NCBI RefSeq assembly: GCF_042660085.1
Contig: NZ_JBHSTI010000008.1
Location: 1,117,836 to 1,149,835, forward strand
DNA length: 32,000 bases
Reading direction: 5' to 3'
From: Longivirga aurantiaca
GTDB lineage: Bacteria; Actinomycetota; Actinomycetes; S36-B12; CAIYMF01
Part shown: positions 24,701 through 32,000 of the stretch, piece by piece
Layout of the letters: the number at the start of each line of letters is the position of its first letter
Position numbering within the stretch: the stretch's first letter is position 1
Program-made: the position numbers and the translations under genes
The notes under the pieces: generated by a model
The model's database searches: none
Seen by the model: the letters and a program-made list of their open reading frames with translations, nothing else
What the model was told of the DNA's origin: nothing

Positions 24701-26277
24701 TCCCGCTGCTGGTCGCAGCGCTCGTCCTGGCTGCGGCCGAGGTGGCGCACCGCCTGGTGCCCGACCGGCGCGCGTGGGTGCGTGCCGACGTCTGGCTGCT
24801 GGCGGCCGCGCACGTGCCTGCGATCACCGCGCTCGTCGTGGTGACCGAGGCGGGTCTCGCGCTCGTGCTGCTCGCCCTCGGCGTGCTCGCCGCCGTCGTG
24901 GCCTGGCGGCTGCGCACGTTGGTGCTCGTGGCCTCGGCCTACGGAATGGTGGCCGGTGCGCTCGTGCTGCTGGCCGGTGCCACGGCCGGGCAGGGCTGGC
25001 AGGCCCTGGCCTTCGCGGCAGTGTCGGTCGCGTGCAGCGCGGTGGCGGCGCGCATCCAGCATCTCCCGAGCCGGCTCGTGCTCGTGGCGACCGGATCGGT
25101 GCTCGGGCTCGTCGCGTGGCTGTCGCTGGTGACGTGGGTGGGCTGGTCGGACGAGGCTGTCGCCGACTCCACGGTCCTGCTCGCTGCCGCGGTGACCGCG
25201 GGTGCCGCCTGCCTCGTGCGGTGGACCTCGGTCGACCGGCTCGTGCTGCTCGTGCGCGGCGCGGTCGCGGTGCTCACGGTCACGGTGCTGCCGATGGTCG
25301 TCGGAGCGGGCGTCGGTGCCGGAGGAGGCGTGGCGCGTTGGCTGACGCCTGCGGTCGCCGCCTCGGTGCTCGTGGTCGCGGTGTCGTGCGCGGTCGTGGC
25401 ACGGCCGCTGGGGCAGGCGTGGCTGCGGCACGCGGCAGCGGCGTACTCGGTGCTCGCGCTGGTCGAGAGCTTCGTGGCCTTCGGCGTCGAGCCCGGTGGG
25501 CAGCTCGCTGTGCTCGCGGTTCTCGCGCTCGCCGCCTCGGTGACCATGCTCGTCCCGTGGCGCACGCCGCTGGGCGAGTGGGCGCTGCCGCTGGCGGCGT
25601 TCGGCGCGATGACGACGTTCGCCGGTCTGGTCGTGGCACTGATCGAGCTGCCGGATCCGGGGCTCGTGCCCGCTGCGCTGCTCGTGTCGGCGGCGTACTC
25701 GGCGTCGCTCGGGGTGTCCCAGCGGCTGGTCGGGGTCGAGCTGCTCGCGCCGGTGCTCGCCTGTGCTGCCTGGATCACGTGGGCGGCCCAGGCGCTCGAC
25801 GGGAACCCGCAGTGGTTCACCGTGCCGATCGGCCTCGCGCTCCTGGTCTCGGTCGCCCTGCTGCGCCTCGACCGGCGCACGCGTGGCGTCGCCGTCGACT
25901 CGACCGACGTGGTCGTGCTCGAGGTGGTGGGCATCGCGTTCCTGGTCGGTGCGTCGTTCGTGCAGATCTTCACGGTGTCGCTGGCGTACGCCGGCCTCGC
26001 CGCGGCGATCGGCCTCGCGATCGTCGCGTGGGCCGTGCTGACACGGGTACGGCGTCGGCTCACGCTCGGCGTGGCCATCACCTGCGCGGCGCTCGCGCTG
26101 CTCGTGCTCGTGCCGCTCGCGCAGCTGCTGCCCGCCTGGACGGGCGCGACGCTGTGGATCGCGATCGCTGCGATCGGCCTGGTAGCGATCCTCGTGGCGA
26201 CTCTGCTCGAGCAGGGGCGCGCGGTGGTGCGGCGCGGCATCGACCAGCTGCACCGCCTGACGGAGGGATGGGAGTAG
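21754..26277 (+). CDS. very large polytopic membrane protein with DUF2510-type N-terminus (true start probably ATG 21651 across a frame break)
   Basis: 1507-aa track ORF with strong GC3 bias on the + strand. After a Pro/Ala-rich linker (aa ~90-150), more than 1300 aa are almost uninterrupted hydrophobic helices, roughly 40 or more by eye. The same frame upstream of GTG 21754 encodes DPAGWYLDPTGRARLRYWDGHLLTAWV. It may relate to the DUF2339/SCO7613-type giant membrane proteins, but this is unverified. Confidence 0.8.
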   Translation: MSDGETTRLDPEPLAPRQIRTDDHEHIVFVREVFLPLARARGRVGREVLDELGEYAWYLESAVGRADAVSPARAAAAQVRVGATTVRSGTSYTVAPAVAPPGTMPAPRTTAPPTRTAAPVAREVPAPAPAQEERGPSRSSLRWARFTDSVGSDLATHGLAYLGVLLLFIGVFGLVAFAFGDVAPTMRPVAEIGIALAPFVAAWMLLRRGADIAGRALETAGGLLLPVMLVTSFLDGVPVPPDLVGVPLAITLTLVTAAVSGAYALWSLRHRTSALRYLVAPVAWLSVGLAVMGVGREIPSGSGVAVVTAAQVAAISVAMAASLLWARLAPAAVLSAPTLTSGAVGSCVVALLALMTWISGGWPPVAIAVTGVAGLAVLELLDGRVPHAVVRIAQPLWWALAATALLPALGPTATGLATAAALGCAGFLVLVELSGRDRASLPFLLAGLGLGGTFLVTLNEPWFACAAAAVLAVWSGVRRLHGFAVPWSRPALDVVAGLMPVVAVTALGFATRHAPLALMVGSVLVLLAVVPIDVTAVRVRLRRDPADHFWMLWWDAGMVAAVVATVVMVTGFWPADPSAQWILGAVPAVLALSAAVGPLRATWRPWPTLALLTWSWLITATTAGWPLAWTLGAPAVVALVIVALVHALPRAVAHWSSPGQLGTAALVLLVVCIALAGTPNGWLPALLVSALAAGLVLVTAYDEVGRSPVADVFVDLMGPDVRYAGAAFAALSVPLSAMLLLDASGALPFESWWAGITLSVTALVYAAATRLPTSAHLGRVLTWTAIAGSLAGVAVAWSTTFLASSALLGYRWAMVAALAAVAVLPLLLAPARRPLVGVWLGWAAVVPTVSLAAALVIPAYADLGDALAAATALVLLGGALLLGALALDLRGRAWEPVLRPVTSWLRPPAALGALEVVAGAAIALAVTPQPDTWGGWLLVLAALVVAGVAALARAWSLVAGSTLLAWIGTLVLAGEAIASRPWIPLLVAALVLAAAEVAHRLVPDRRAWVRADVWLLAAAHVPAITALVVVTEAGLALVLLALGVLAAVVAWRLRTLVLVASAYGMVAGALVLLAGATAGQGWQALAFAAVSVACSAVAARIQHLPSRLVLVATGSVLGLVAWLSLVTWVGWSDEAVADSTVLLAAAVTAGAACLVRWTSVDRLVLLVRGAVAVLTVTVLPMVVGAGVGAGGGVARWLTPAVAASVLVVAVSCAVVARPLGQAWLRHAAAAYSVLALVESFVAFGVEPGGQLAVLAVLALAASVTMLVPWRTPLGEWALPLAAFGAMTTFAGLVVALIELPDPGLVPAALLVSAAYSASLGVSQRLVGVELLAPVLACAAWITWAAQALDGNPQWFTVPIGLALLVSVALLRLDRRTRGVAVDSTDVVVLEVVGIAFLVGASFVQIFTVSLAYAGLAAAIGLAIVAWAVLTRVRRRLTLGVAITCAALALLVLVPLAQLLPAWTGATLWIAIAAIGLVAILVATLLEQGRAVVRRGIDQLHRLTEGWE

Positions 26278-26293
26278 GCGCTGCTGCGCCGTG

Positions 26294-26405
26294 GCTGAGT
26301 GGGGATCCCGTCGCAGAGCGCACGCCGGTTACCCGGGTAGCGGGCGGCGGCCGTAGTTGAGTGCGGAATCCGTCGCAGAGCGCACGCTGGTTACCCGGGT
26401 AGCGC
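26294..26405 (+). repeat. two tandem canonical REP-like units (62-bp period) between convergent genes
   Basis: 26294-26343 reads GCTGAGTGGGGATCCCGTCGCAGAGCGCACGCCGGTTACCCGGGTAGCGG. 26356-26405 reads GTTGAGTGCGGAATCCGTCGCAGAGCGCACGCTGGTTACCCGGGTAGCGC. The spacer is GCGGCGGCCGTA. Confidence 0.9.
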
Positions 26406-26408
26406 GGG

Positions 26409-28064
26409 TCAGATGCCCCAGGGGAGGCCGACGGCGTACCAGAGGAGGAAGAACGCGGTCCACACGCCGATGAGCGCGAAGAAGTACGGCATCATCAGCG
26501 CGATCACCGTGCCGATGCCCGAGCGCTTGTCGTAGCGGGCTGCGAACACCACGATCAGCGGGAAGTACGCCATGATCGGCGTCACGATGTTGAGCGGGGA
26601 GTCCGACGTCCGGTACATCGCCAGGATCGCCTCGGGCTCGACGCCGAGACGCAGGAACAGCGGGATGAAGATGGGCGCGAGCAGGGCCCACTTCGCGATC
26701 GCCTGCGGGATGATGATGCCCACGCCCCACGTGATGACCATCGCGATGAGCAGCAGCAGGATCACCGGGATGTCGATGTTCTCGATGAGGTTGCCGAGCT
26801 TCACCGCCGCGACCTGCGGCATGTTCGAGTAGTTGAAGTATGCGATGAACTGCGCGATCAGCAGGAACAGCAGCAGCAGGCCGGCGAGCCCGGCCCACGA
26901 CTTCGTGATCGCTTCGATCACCTGGGTGCCGCTGCGGATGGTGCCGGCACCGCGGCCGTAGCCCATGCCCGCCGCGAGGAACAGCACCGTGATGATCACG
27001 ATGAGGCTGTTCATGAACGGCGATGTGCCGATGATCGAGCCGGTCTCGGGGTCGCGCAGCGGTGCGCCCGGGGGGAGCGTCAGGAGCAGGATCACCGTCA
27101 GCGCCCCGAGGAACCACCAGCCGGCGAGGCGCAGTCCGCGGCTGTCGGCGTCCTCGTCGACCTCGGGGGAGTCGTCGGCCTTCTGGATGTCGCTCGCGTC
27201 GGCGTCGGGAGCCACCGAGTCGTCGTACGTGCCGAGCCGCTTCTCCACCACGCGGGTGGTGACGATCGAGAGCAGCACGGTGAGCAGGATGGTCGACCCG
27301 ATGCCGTACCAGAGGTTCGACGTGATGCTGATCGACAGCGACGGGTCGACGAGCGCGATCGACTCGTTGGTGATCTCCGCGAGGACGGCGTCGGTGGGCG
27401 TGATGAGGAAGTTGACGCCGAAACCGCCCGCCACACCGGCGAACGCGGCGGCCATGCCGGCGAGCGGATGCCGCCCGACCGAGGCGAAGGCGGCGGCGCC
27501 GAGGGGGATGAGCACGAGGTAGCCGGCGTCCGAGGCGATCGAGGAGATGATGCCCAGGAACACGATGATGTAGGTGAGCGTGCCGGGCGAGGACACCGCG
27601 ACGAGCTTGCGGATCAGCGACGAGATCAGGCCCGACCGCTCGGCCACGCCGACGCCGATCATCACGATGAGGATGATCCCCATCGCGGTGAAGCCCATGA
27701 AGTTCGAGACGAACGACGTGAAGAGGAAGCGGATGCCGTCGGCGCTGAGCAGGCTCTCGATCTCGACCGTCTCGGTGACGACGTCGTAGTCAGCGGCCTG
27801 GGGCGGCTGCGCCGGCAGCACCTCGCCCGGTATGGACGAGCCGCCGACGCCGACGACCTCGACCGCCTGGGCGTCGGGCTTGACCACCTCGTACGTCGCG
27901 CTGACGCCGGCCCAGGCCAGCAGCTGCGAGAGCACGATGACGCCCACGCACAGCGCGAGGAACAGGATCGCCGGGTGCGGCACCTTGTTGCCGACGCGCT
28001 CGACGACGTCGAGCGCCCGCTGCATCGGGCCGCCCGACTTGGCCGGCGCCTCGGCCGTGCTCAC
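26409..28064 (-). CDS. AbgT-family (p-aminobenzoyl-glutamate/peptide-type) transporter
   Basis: GTG 28064 overlaps the upstream stop (GTGA). The product [39 protein letters not shown]... has an AbgT-like N-terminus. Motifs include [19 protein letters not shown] and [10 protein letters not shown]. The track's 1050-aa ORF (to 29561) is a read-through in the wrong frame relative to the peptidase gene. ATG 28025 is an alternative start. Confidence 0.85.
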   Translation of the reverse strand: MSTAEAPAKSGGPMQRALDVVERVGNKVPHPAILFLALCVGVIVLSQLLAWAGVSATYEVVKPDAQAVEVVGVGGSSIPGEVLPAQPPQAADYDVVTETVEIESLLSADGIRFLFTSFVSNFMGFTAMGIILIVMIGVGVAERSGLISSLIRKLVAVSSPGTLTYIIVFLGIISSIASDAGYLVLIPLGAAAFASVGRHPLAGMAAAFAGVAGGFGVNFLITPTDAVLAEITNESIALVDPSLSISITSNLWYGIGSTILLTVLLSIVTTRVVEKRLGTYDDSVAPDADASDIQKADDSPEVDEDADSRGLRLAGWWFLGALTVILLLTLPPGAPLRDPETGSIIGTSPFMNSLIVIITVLFLAAGMGYGRGAGTIRSGTQVIEAITKSWAGLAGLLLLFLLIAQFIAYFNYSNMPQVAAVKLGNLIENIDIPVILLLLIAMVITWGVGIIIPQAIAKWALLAPIFIPLFLRLGVEPEAILAMYRTSDSPLNIVTPIMAYFPLIVVFAARYDKRSGIGTVIALMMPYFFALIGVWTAFFLLWYAVGLPWGI

Positions 28065-29428
28065 GAGGACGCTCCCAGCCGGCCGAGCAGATCGGCCATC
28101 GCCACGACGGTGCGTTCGAGCTCGTCGAGCACCACGCGCTCGTTGGGCGCATGGATCCCGCTGTAGCCGTCGGCGACGCCGACGAGCAGGACGTCGGCCT
28201 CCGGTGCGGCGTCGTGCAGCGAGCTCACGACGGGGATCGAACCGCCCTGCCCGGCCAGCACGATCGGCGCGTCCCATGCCTGCGACCACGCGGCCTTCGC
28301 CTTGTCGTACACCGCGCTGTCGGTGTTGGCGGAGTACCCCTGGCCGATCTCGGTCGGGGTCACGGTGAGCTGGACGCCGAACGGCATCGCGCGCTCGAGG
28401 TGCTCGACCACCAGCCGCTGCGCCTCGGCCGGGTCCTGTGCCGGGTGCACGCGCACGTTGAGCTTGGCGCGGGCGTAGTCCTGCACGGCGTTGAGCGACC
28501 CTGCGACGGTGGGGGTGTCCATCCCGATCACCGTGATCGCCGGGCCCGACCACACGCGCGAGCCGAGGGTGCCGGTGCCGACCAGGTCCATGCCGTCGGC
28601 AAGGCCGGCCAGCGCGCGGAACTCCTCCTCGTCCGGCCCTCCGCCGTCCCACTCGACGCGGCGCAGACCCTCGACCGCGACGTCGCCCGCGTCGTCGTGC
28701 AGCGTGGCGAGGCCGCGCAGGAGGGCGAGCAGAGCATCCGGTGCGGCGCCGCCGAACTGCCCGCTGTGCCGCGCCGACTCGAGCGTGCGCACCTCGACCA
28801 GCACGTTCGCCATGCCACGCAGGCCGACGGTGAGCGTGGGGATGCCGGGCCGCACGTTGCCGACGTCGGCCACCACTAGCACGTCGCACGCGAACTTCTC
28901 GGGGTCGGTCGCGGGATAGGTCGAGAAGGCGGCGCCGCCGACCTCCTCGAGGCCCTCGATCACGATGCGTACGCCGACCGGCGGCCGACCGCCCCAGGCC
29001 CGCAGCGCACCCGCGCAGGCGACGATGTTGCCCTTGGTGTCGGCGGTGCCCCGGCCGTACATCGCGCCGTCGATGACCGTCGGCTCGAAGGGTGCGGTGC
29101 GCCACAGGCTCTCGTCGCCCGCGGGCACGACGTCGTAGTGGCCGTAGAGCAGCACGGTGGGAGCTCCGGGCGGTGCCGGGATCTCGCCCATGATCACGGG
29201 TGCGGTGCCGGGCAGGTCGAGCAGCGAGATCTGCTCCACGCCCGAGCGGCGCAGCAGGGCCTGCACGGCCTCGCAGCCGCGCTCGAGCTCGGCGTGGGTC
29301 TCCACGGGGTTGCCGGGCAGCGAGACCGACGGGATCCGGACGAGGTCGGCGAGCTCGTCGATGAGCTCGGGCATCAGCCCGTGCACGGTGTCGCGCAGCG
29401 CATCGTGGCTCGTGGGCGCGTCGGTCAT
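28061..29428 (-). CDS. M20-family metallopeptidase (dipeptidase/deacylase)
   Basis: 455-aa ORF with GGGAGGG 5 nt upstream of ATG 29428. Supporting motifs are [23 protein letters not shown] and IEGLEEVGG, which match the M20 metal-binding pattern. Confidence 0.85.
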   Translation of the reverse strand: MTDAPTSHDALRDTVHGLMPELIDELADLVRIPSVSLPGNPVETHAELERGCEAVQALLRRSGVEQISLLDLPGTAPVIMGEIPAPPGAPTVLLYGHYDVVPAGDESLWRTAPFEPTVIDGAMYGRGTADTKGNIVACAGALRAWGGRPPVGVRIVIEGLEEVGGAAFSTYPATDPEKFACDVLVVADVGNVRPGIPTLTVGLRGMANVLVEVRTLESARHSGQFGGAAPDALLALLRGLATLHDDAGDVAVEGLRRVEWDGGGPDEEEFRALAGLADGMDLVGTGTLGSRVWSGPAITVIGMDTPTVAGSLNAVQDYARAKLNVRVHPAQDPAEAQRLVVEHLERAMPFGVQLTVTPTEIGQGYSANTDSAVYDKAKAAWSQAWDAPIVLAGQGGSIPVVSSLHDAAPEADVLLVGVADGYSGIHAPNERVVLDELERTVVAMADLLGRLGASS

Positions 29429-29595
29429 GGGGTCCCTCCCGTTGCGGATTCCGGGTCATTCTGTCGAGGCTCGGCTGCCCCCGCACGGTATTGAGCCCTC
29501 GCGCCGCCGGCCCCTGGGTGACGAGAGCGGCGACCAGATGCCGGGGCGAGAAGCAGGGCACCCCGAGGCGCGAGCAGCCGCCGTCCGAAGTGGTA

Positions 29596-29707
29596 GATGA
29601 GTGCGGATCCCGTCGTAGAAGGCACGCTGGTTACCCGGGTAACGGGCGGCGGCGCTGGCTGGGTGCGGGTTCCGTCGCCGGGCGAACGCTGGTTACCCGG
29701 GTAACGG
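29596..29707 (+). repeat. two tandem REP-like units (62-bp period) in a divergent promoter gap
   Basis: 29596-29645 reads GATGAGTGCGGATCCCGTCGTAGAAGGCACGCTGGTTACCCGGGTAACGG. 29658-29707 reads GCTGGGTGCGGGTTCCGTCGCCGGGCGAACGCTGGTTACCCGGGTAACGG. The spacer is GCGGCGGCGCTG. Confidence 0.9.
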
Positions 29708-29806
29708 CGGGTGACGTGGGTCGCGTTGACGCAGGGCTTCGGGAGCGGCGTACGGCGGGGTCTGGCAGGGTCGGCCTAGGCCGTACGGCGACCGGAGGGG
29801 CAGGCG

Positions 29807-31900
29807 ATGTCGGAGAGTCTCTACATCACCTCGGCCTCGCCGCGCGCGGGCAAGGCGGTCGCGGCGCTCGGTGTGCTCGAGCTGCTCGCGCGCCGCGTCG
29901 ACCGCATCGGGCTGTTCCGCCCGCTGATCGACGGCGACGGCACGCGCGACGCGCTGGTCGAGCTGCTCGTCGACCGCTACGACCTCGACGTCGACCTCGC
30001 GACCGCGTGCCCCATGACGTACGCCGATGCCGCGCGGCACCTGGAGTCGGGCCACCAGGACGCGGTCGTGACGGCGGCGGTCGAGGCGTTCACGTCTCTT
30101 CGACAGAAGTACGACTTCGTGCTGGTGCTCGGCACCGACTACACCGGGCCGGCGGCGTCGACCGAGCTCGACCTCAACGCGACCCTCGCGGCCAACCTCG
30201 GCACGCCGGTGCTGTCGGTCGTCTCGGCGTGGGACAGCGAGCCGGACGACGTACCCGCGGCGGTCGCGCAGGCGCGGCACGTGCTCGCCGACCACGGCTG
30301 CACGCTCGTCGGCACGCTCGTGAACCGCGCGGATCCGGTGCGCCGCGACGAGATCGAGGCGCTGCTGGTCGCCTCGGCACCGGACGAGCCGGTGTGGGTG
30401 CTGCCCGACCTGCCCGTGCTGTCGGCGTTGACCGTCGACGAGGTCGCCACCGCCCTCGACGGCACGGTGCTCGCGGGGGAGCCCGCGGATCTGCAGCGCG
30501 AGGTCGACCGCTTCGTCGCCGGGTCTGCGCACGTGCCGAACGTGCTGCCGCTGCTCGACACCGGCGTGCTGCTCGTCGCGGCCGGCGACCGTGCGGATCT
30601 CGCCGTCGCGATGGCGGCGTTCGCCTCGAGCCCCGACCTGCCCACGCCCGCGGGCCTCGTCGTCACCCTCGGCCTGATCCCGGATCCGCTGACGCAGCAG
30701 CTGCTGCGCGCGTCGCGGCTGCCGGTGGTGGCGGTCGAGCTCGACACGTACGCCGCTCTGCACGAGATCGAGGGCCTGCGCGGCGAGATCCGCGCGGGGT
30801 CGCGGCGCAAGATCGCCGCGGCGCTGGGGGAGTTCTCGGCGCATGTCGACACCGAGCGCCTCGCGTCGCGGATCCGGTTCAGCACGTCGGAGACCGTGAC
30901 GCCGTTGATGTTCGCGGTCGACGTGCTCGAGCGGGCGCGCGCGGACCGCAAGCGCATCGTCCTGCCGGAGGGCACCGACGAGCGGATCCTGCGCGCTGCG
31001 GAGGAGCTGCTGCACGGGCGCGTGGTCGACCTCGTGCTGCTCGGCGACCCGGGAGTGATCGCCGCGAAGGCGGCCGCGATCGGCGTCGACATCTCCGCTG
31101 CCGAGATCATCGATCCCGCGAGGTCGCCGTTGCTTCCGTCGTTGGCCGCGCGGTACGCCGAGCTGCGCGCCCACAAGGGCGTGACGCTCGGGCGGGCGCA
31201 CGACCGTGTGATCGACCCGTCGTACTTCGGGACGCTGCTGGTGGAGACCGGTCGCGTCGACGGCATGGTGTCGGGCGCGACGCACACCACCGCCGAGACG
31301 ATCCGGCCGGCGCTCGAGGTGATCAAGACCGTGCCGGGCGTCTCACTGGTGTCGTCGACGTTCCTCATGTGCCTGCCCGACCGCGTGCTTGCCTTCGCCG
31401 ACTGCGCGGTCAACGTGGATCCGTCGGCGGAGCAGCTGGCCGACATCGCGTCGTCCACCGCCGACACGGCCGCGGCGTTCGGCATCGTGCCGCGGGTGGC
31501 GATGGTGTCGTACTCCACCGGGGAGTCCGGGTCCGGTATCGACGTCGAGAAGGTGCGGCTGGCGACGTCGCTCCTGGTCGAGCGCCGCCCGGATCTCCCC
31601 GTGGCCGGCCCGATCCAGTACGACGCCGCCGTGGATCCCGCAGTCGGTGCGTCGAAGATGCCGGGCAACGACGTGGCGGGGCACGCGACCGTGCTGGTGT
31701 TCCCCGACCTCAACACGGGCAACGCGACGTACAAGGCGGTGCAGCGCTCGGCCGAGGCCGTGGCGGTCGGGCCGGTGCTGCAGGGCCTGCGGCGTCCGGT
31801 GAACGACCTCTCGCGCGGCTGCACCGTGCCCGACATCGTCAACACCGTCGCCATCACCGCCATCCAGGCCCAGTCGGTCGCGCCCGCCTCACGCGGGTGA
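29807..31900 (+). CDS. pta: phosphate acetyltransferase, long form (N-terminal DRTGG/AAA-like region + PTA domain)
   Basis: 697-aa ORF with GGAGGGG 6 nt upstream of the ATG. The N-terminus is MSESLYITSASPRAGKAVAALGVLELLARR. PTA-domain motifs include RIVLPEGTDERILRAA, DGMVSGATHTTAETIRPALEVIKT, VFPDLNTGNATYKAVQR and VGPVLQGLRRPVNDLSRG. Confidence 0.95.
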   Translation: MSESLYITSASPRAGKAVAALGVLELLARRVDRIGLFRPLIDGDGTRDALVELLVDRYDLDVDLATACPMTYADAARHLESGHQDAVVTAAVEAFTSLRQKYDFVLVLGTDYTGPAASTELDLNATLAANLGTPVLSVVSAWDSEPDDVPAAVAQARHVLADHGCTLVGTLVNRADPVRRDEIEALLVASAPDEPVWVLPDLPVLSALTVDEVATALDGTVLAGEPADLQREVDRFVAGSAHVPNVLPLLDTGVLLVAAGDRADLAVAMAAFASSPDLPTPAGLVVTLGLIPDPLTQQLLRASRLPVVAVELDTYAALHEIEGLRGEIRAGSRRKIAAALGEFSAHVDTERLASRIRFSTSETVTPLMFAVDVLERARADRKRIVLPEGTDERILRAAEELLHGRVVDLVLLGDPGVIAAKAAAIGVDISAAEIIDPARSPLLPSLAARYAELRAHKGVTLGRAHDRVIDPSYFGTLLVETGRVDGMVSGATHTTAETIRPALEVIKTVPGVSLVSSTFLMCLPDRVLAFADCAVNVDPSAEQLADIASSTADTAAAFGIVPRVAMVSYSTGESGSGIDVEKVRLATSLLVERRPDLPVAGPIQYDAAVDPAVGASKMPGNDVAGHATVLVFPDLNTGNATYKAVQRSAEAVAVGPVLQGLRRPVNDLSRGCTVPDIVNTVAITAIQAQSVAPASRG

Positions 31901-31907
31901 CCTGTCG

Positions 31908-32000
31908 TACCTGGGTAACGAGCGTGCGGCAGAGCGCACCCTCGTTACCCAGGTAAGGGTGCTTCGGCTTACCCGGGTAACGAGCGTGCGGCAGAGCGCA
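31908..32000 (+). repeat. REP-like long hairpin just after pta, plus the start of a second unit cut by the window edge
   Basis: TACCTGGGTAACGAGCGTGCG (31908-31928), loop GCAGA, then GCGCACCCTCGTTACCCAGGTA (31934-31955): a 21-bp stem with one mismatch. It starts 8 nt after the pta stop and may act as a terminator or stabiliser. A second copy, CTTACCCGGGTAACGAGCGTGCGGCAGAGCGCA, begins at 31968. Confidence 0.85.

Noticed and set aside
21478-26253. A 1591-aa uninterrupted ORF on the minus strand, even longer than the + strand gene it overlaps.
   Set aside because: It is the antisense shadow of the Ala/Leu/Val-rich membrane-protein gene. Reverse complements of GCC, CTG, GTG, CTC and GTC give GGC, CAG, CAC, GAG and GAC and never stop codons. 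Its product is a low-complexity R/H/E/D/G/Q string (e.g. HRDREHRDRAAHEQHEP) with no domain logic. The GC3 bias and recognisable motifs are on the + strand.
26409-29561. A single 1050-aa minus-strand ORF spanning the AbgT and peptidase regions.
   Set aside because: Only the C-terminal 551 codons (from GTG 28064) look like a real protein (AbgT family). The N-terminal ~500 codons are an Arg/Gly/Pro-rich out-of-frame read across the M20 peptidase gene, which has its own SD, ATG and clear motifs.

Overview
This is a 32-kb window of very high-GC (by eye above 70%) actinobacterial-type chromosomal DNA. I support about 17 protein genes and 3 gene remnants, and I see no rRNA, tRNA, CRISPR array, transposase or integrase.

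Gene order, left to right:
- A partial PRTase-fold gene and a tandem-domain universal stress protein (-).
- A DUF4034-like helical protein (-).
- A translationally coupled pair of giant secreted beta-propeller proteins (+): an RCC1-repeat protein at 3162-6680 and an FG-GAP/VCBS-like protein at 6677-11392. They face a convergent LAL/LuxR-type ATPase regulator (11487-14003, -).
- A small PNPOx-fold protein, an EamA/DMT transporter fused to a cyclic-nucleotide-binding domain, and a class I/II aminotransferase (-).
- A decayed class III adenylate cyclase remnant.
- A class II (Ntn) glutamine amidotransferase.
- Two lipoproteins.
- A roughly 1500-aa polytopic membrane protein whose DUF2510-type N-terminus is cut off from its ATG and SD by a 1-nt frame break.
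- A convergent M20 peptidase-AbgT transporter operon.
- Long-form phosphate acetyltransferase (pta).

The most notable non-genic structure has two parts:
- A REP-like repeat family built on the palindrome GTTACCCGGGTAAC. It has 18 cores at 10 intergenic loci, a 62-bp tandem period, strict co-orientation on the + strand, and compensatory changes between hairpin arms.
- Three same-orientation copies of the PNPOx-like gene (one intact, one 3' stub, one in-frame internally deleted) that bracket accessory-looking cassettes.

All product calls come from motif recognition by eye. No database search or computation was possible.
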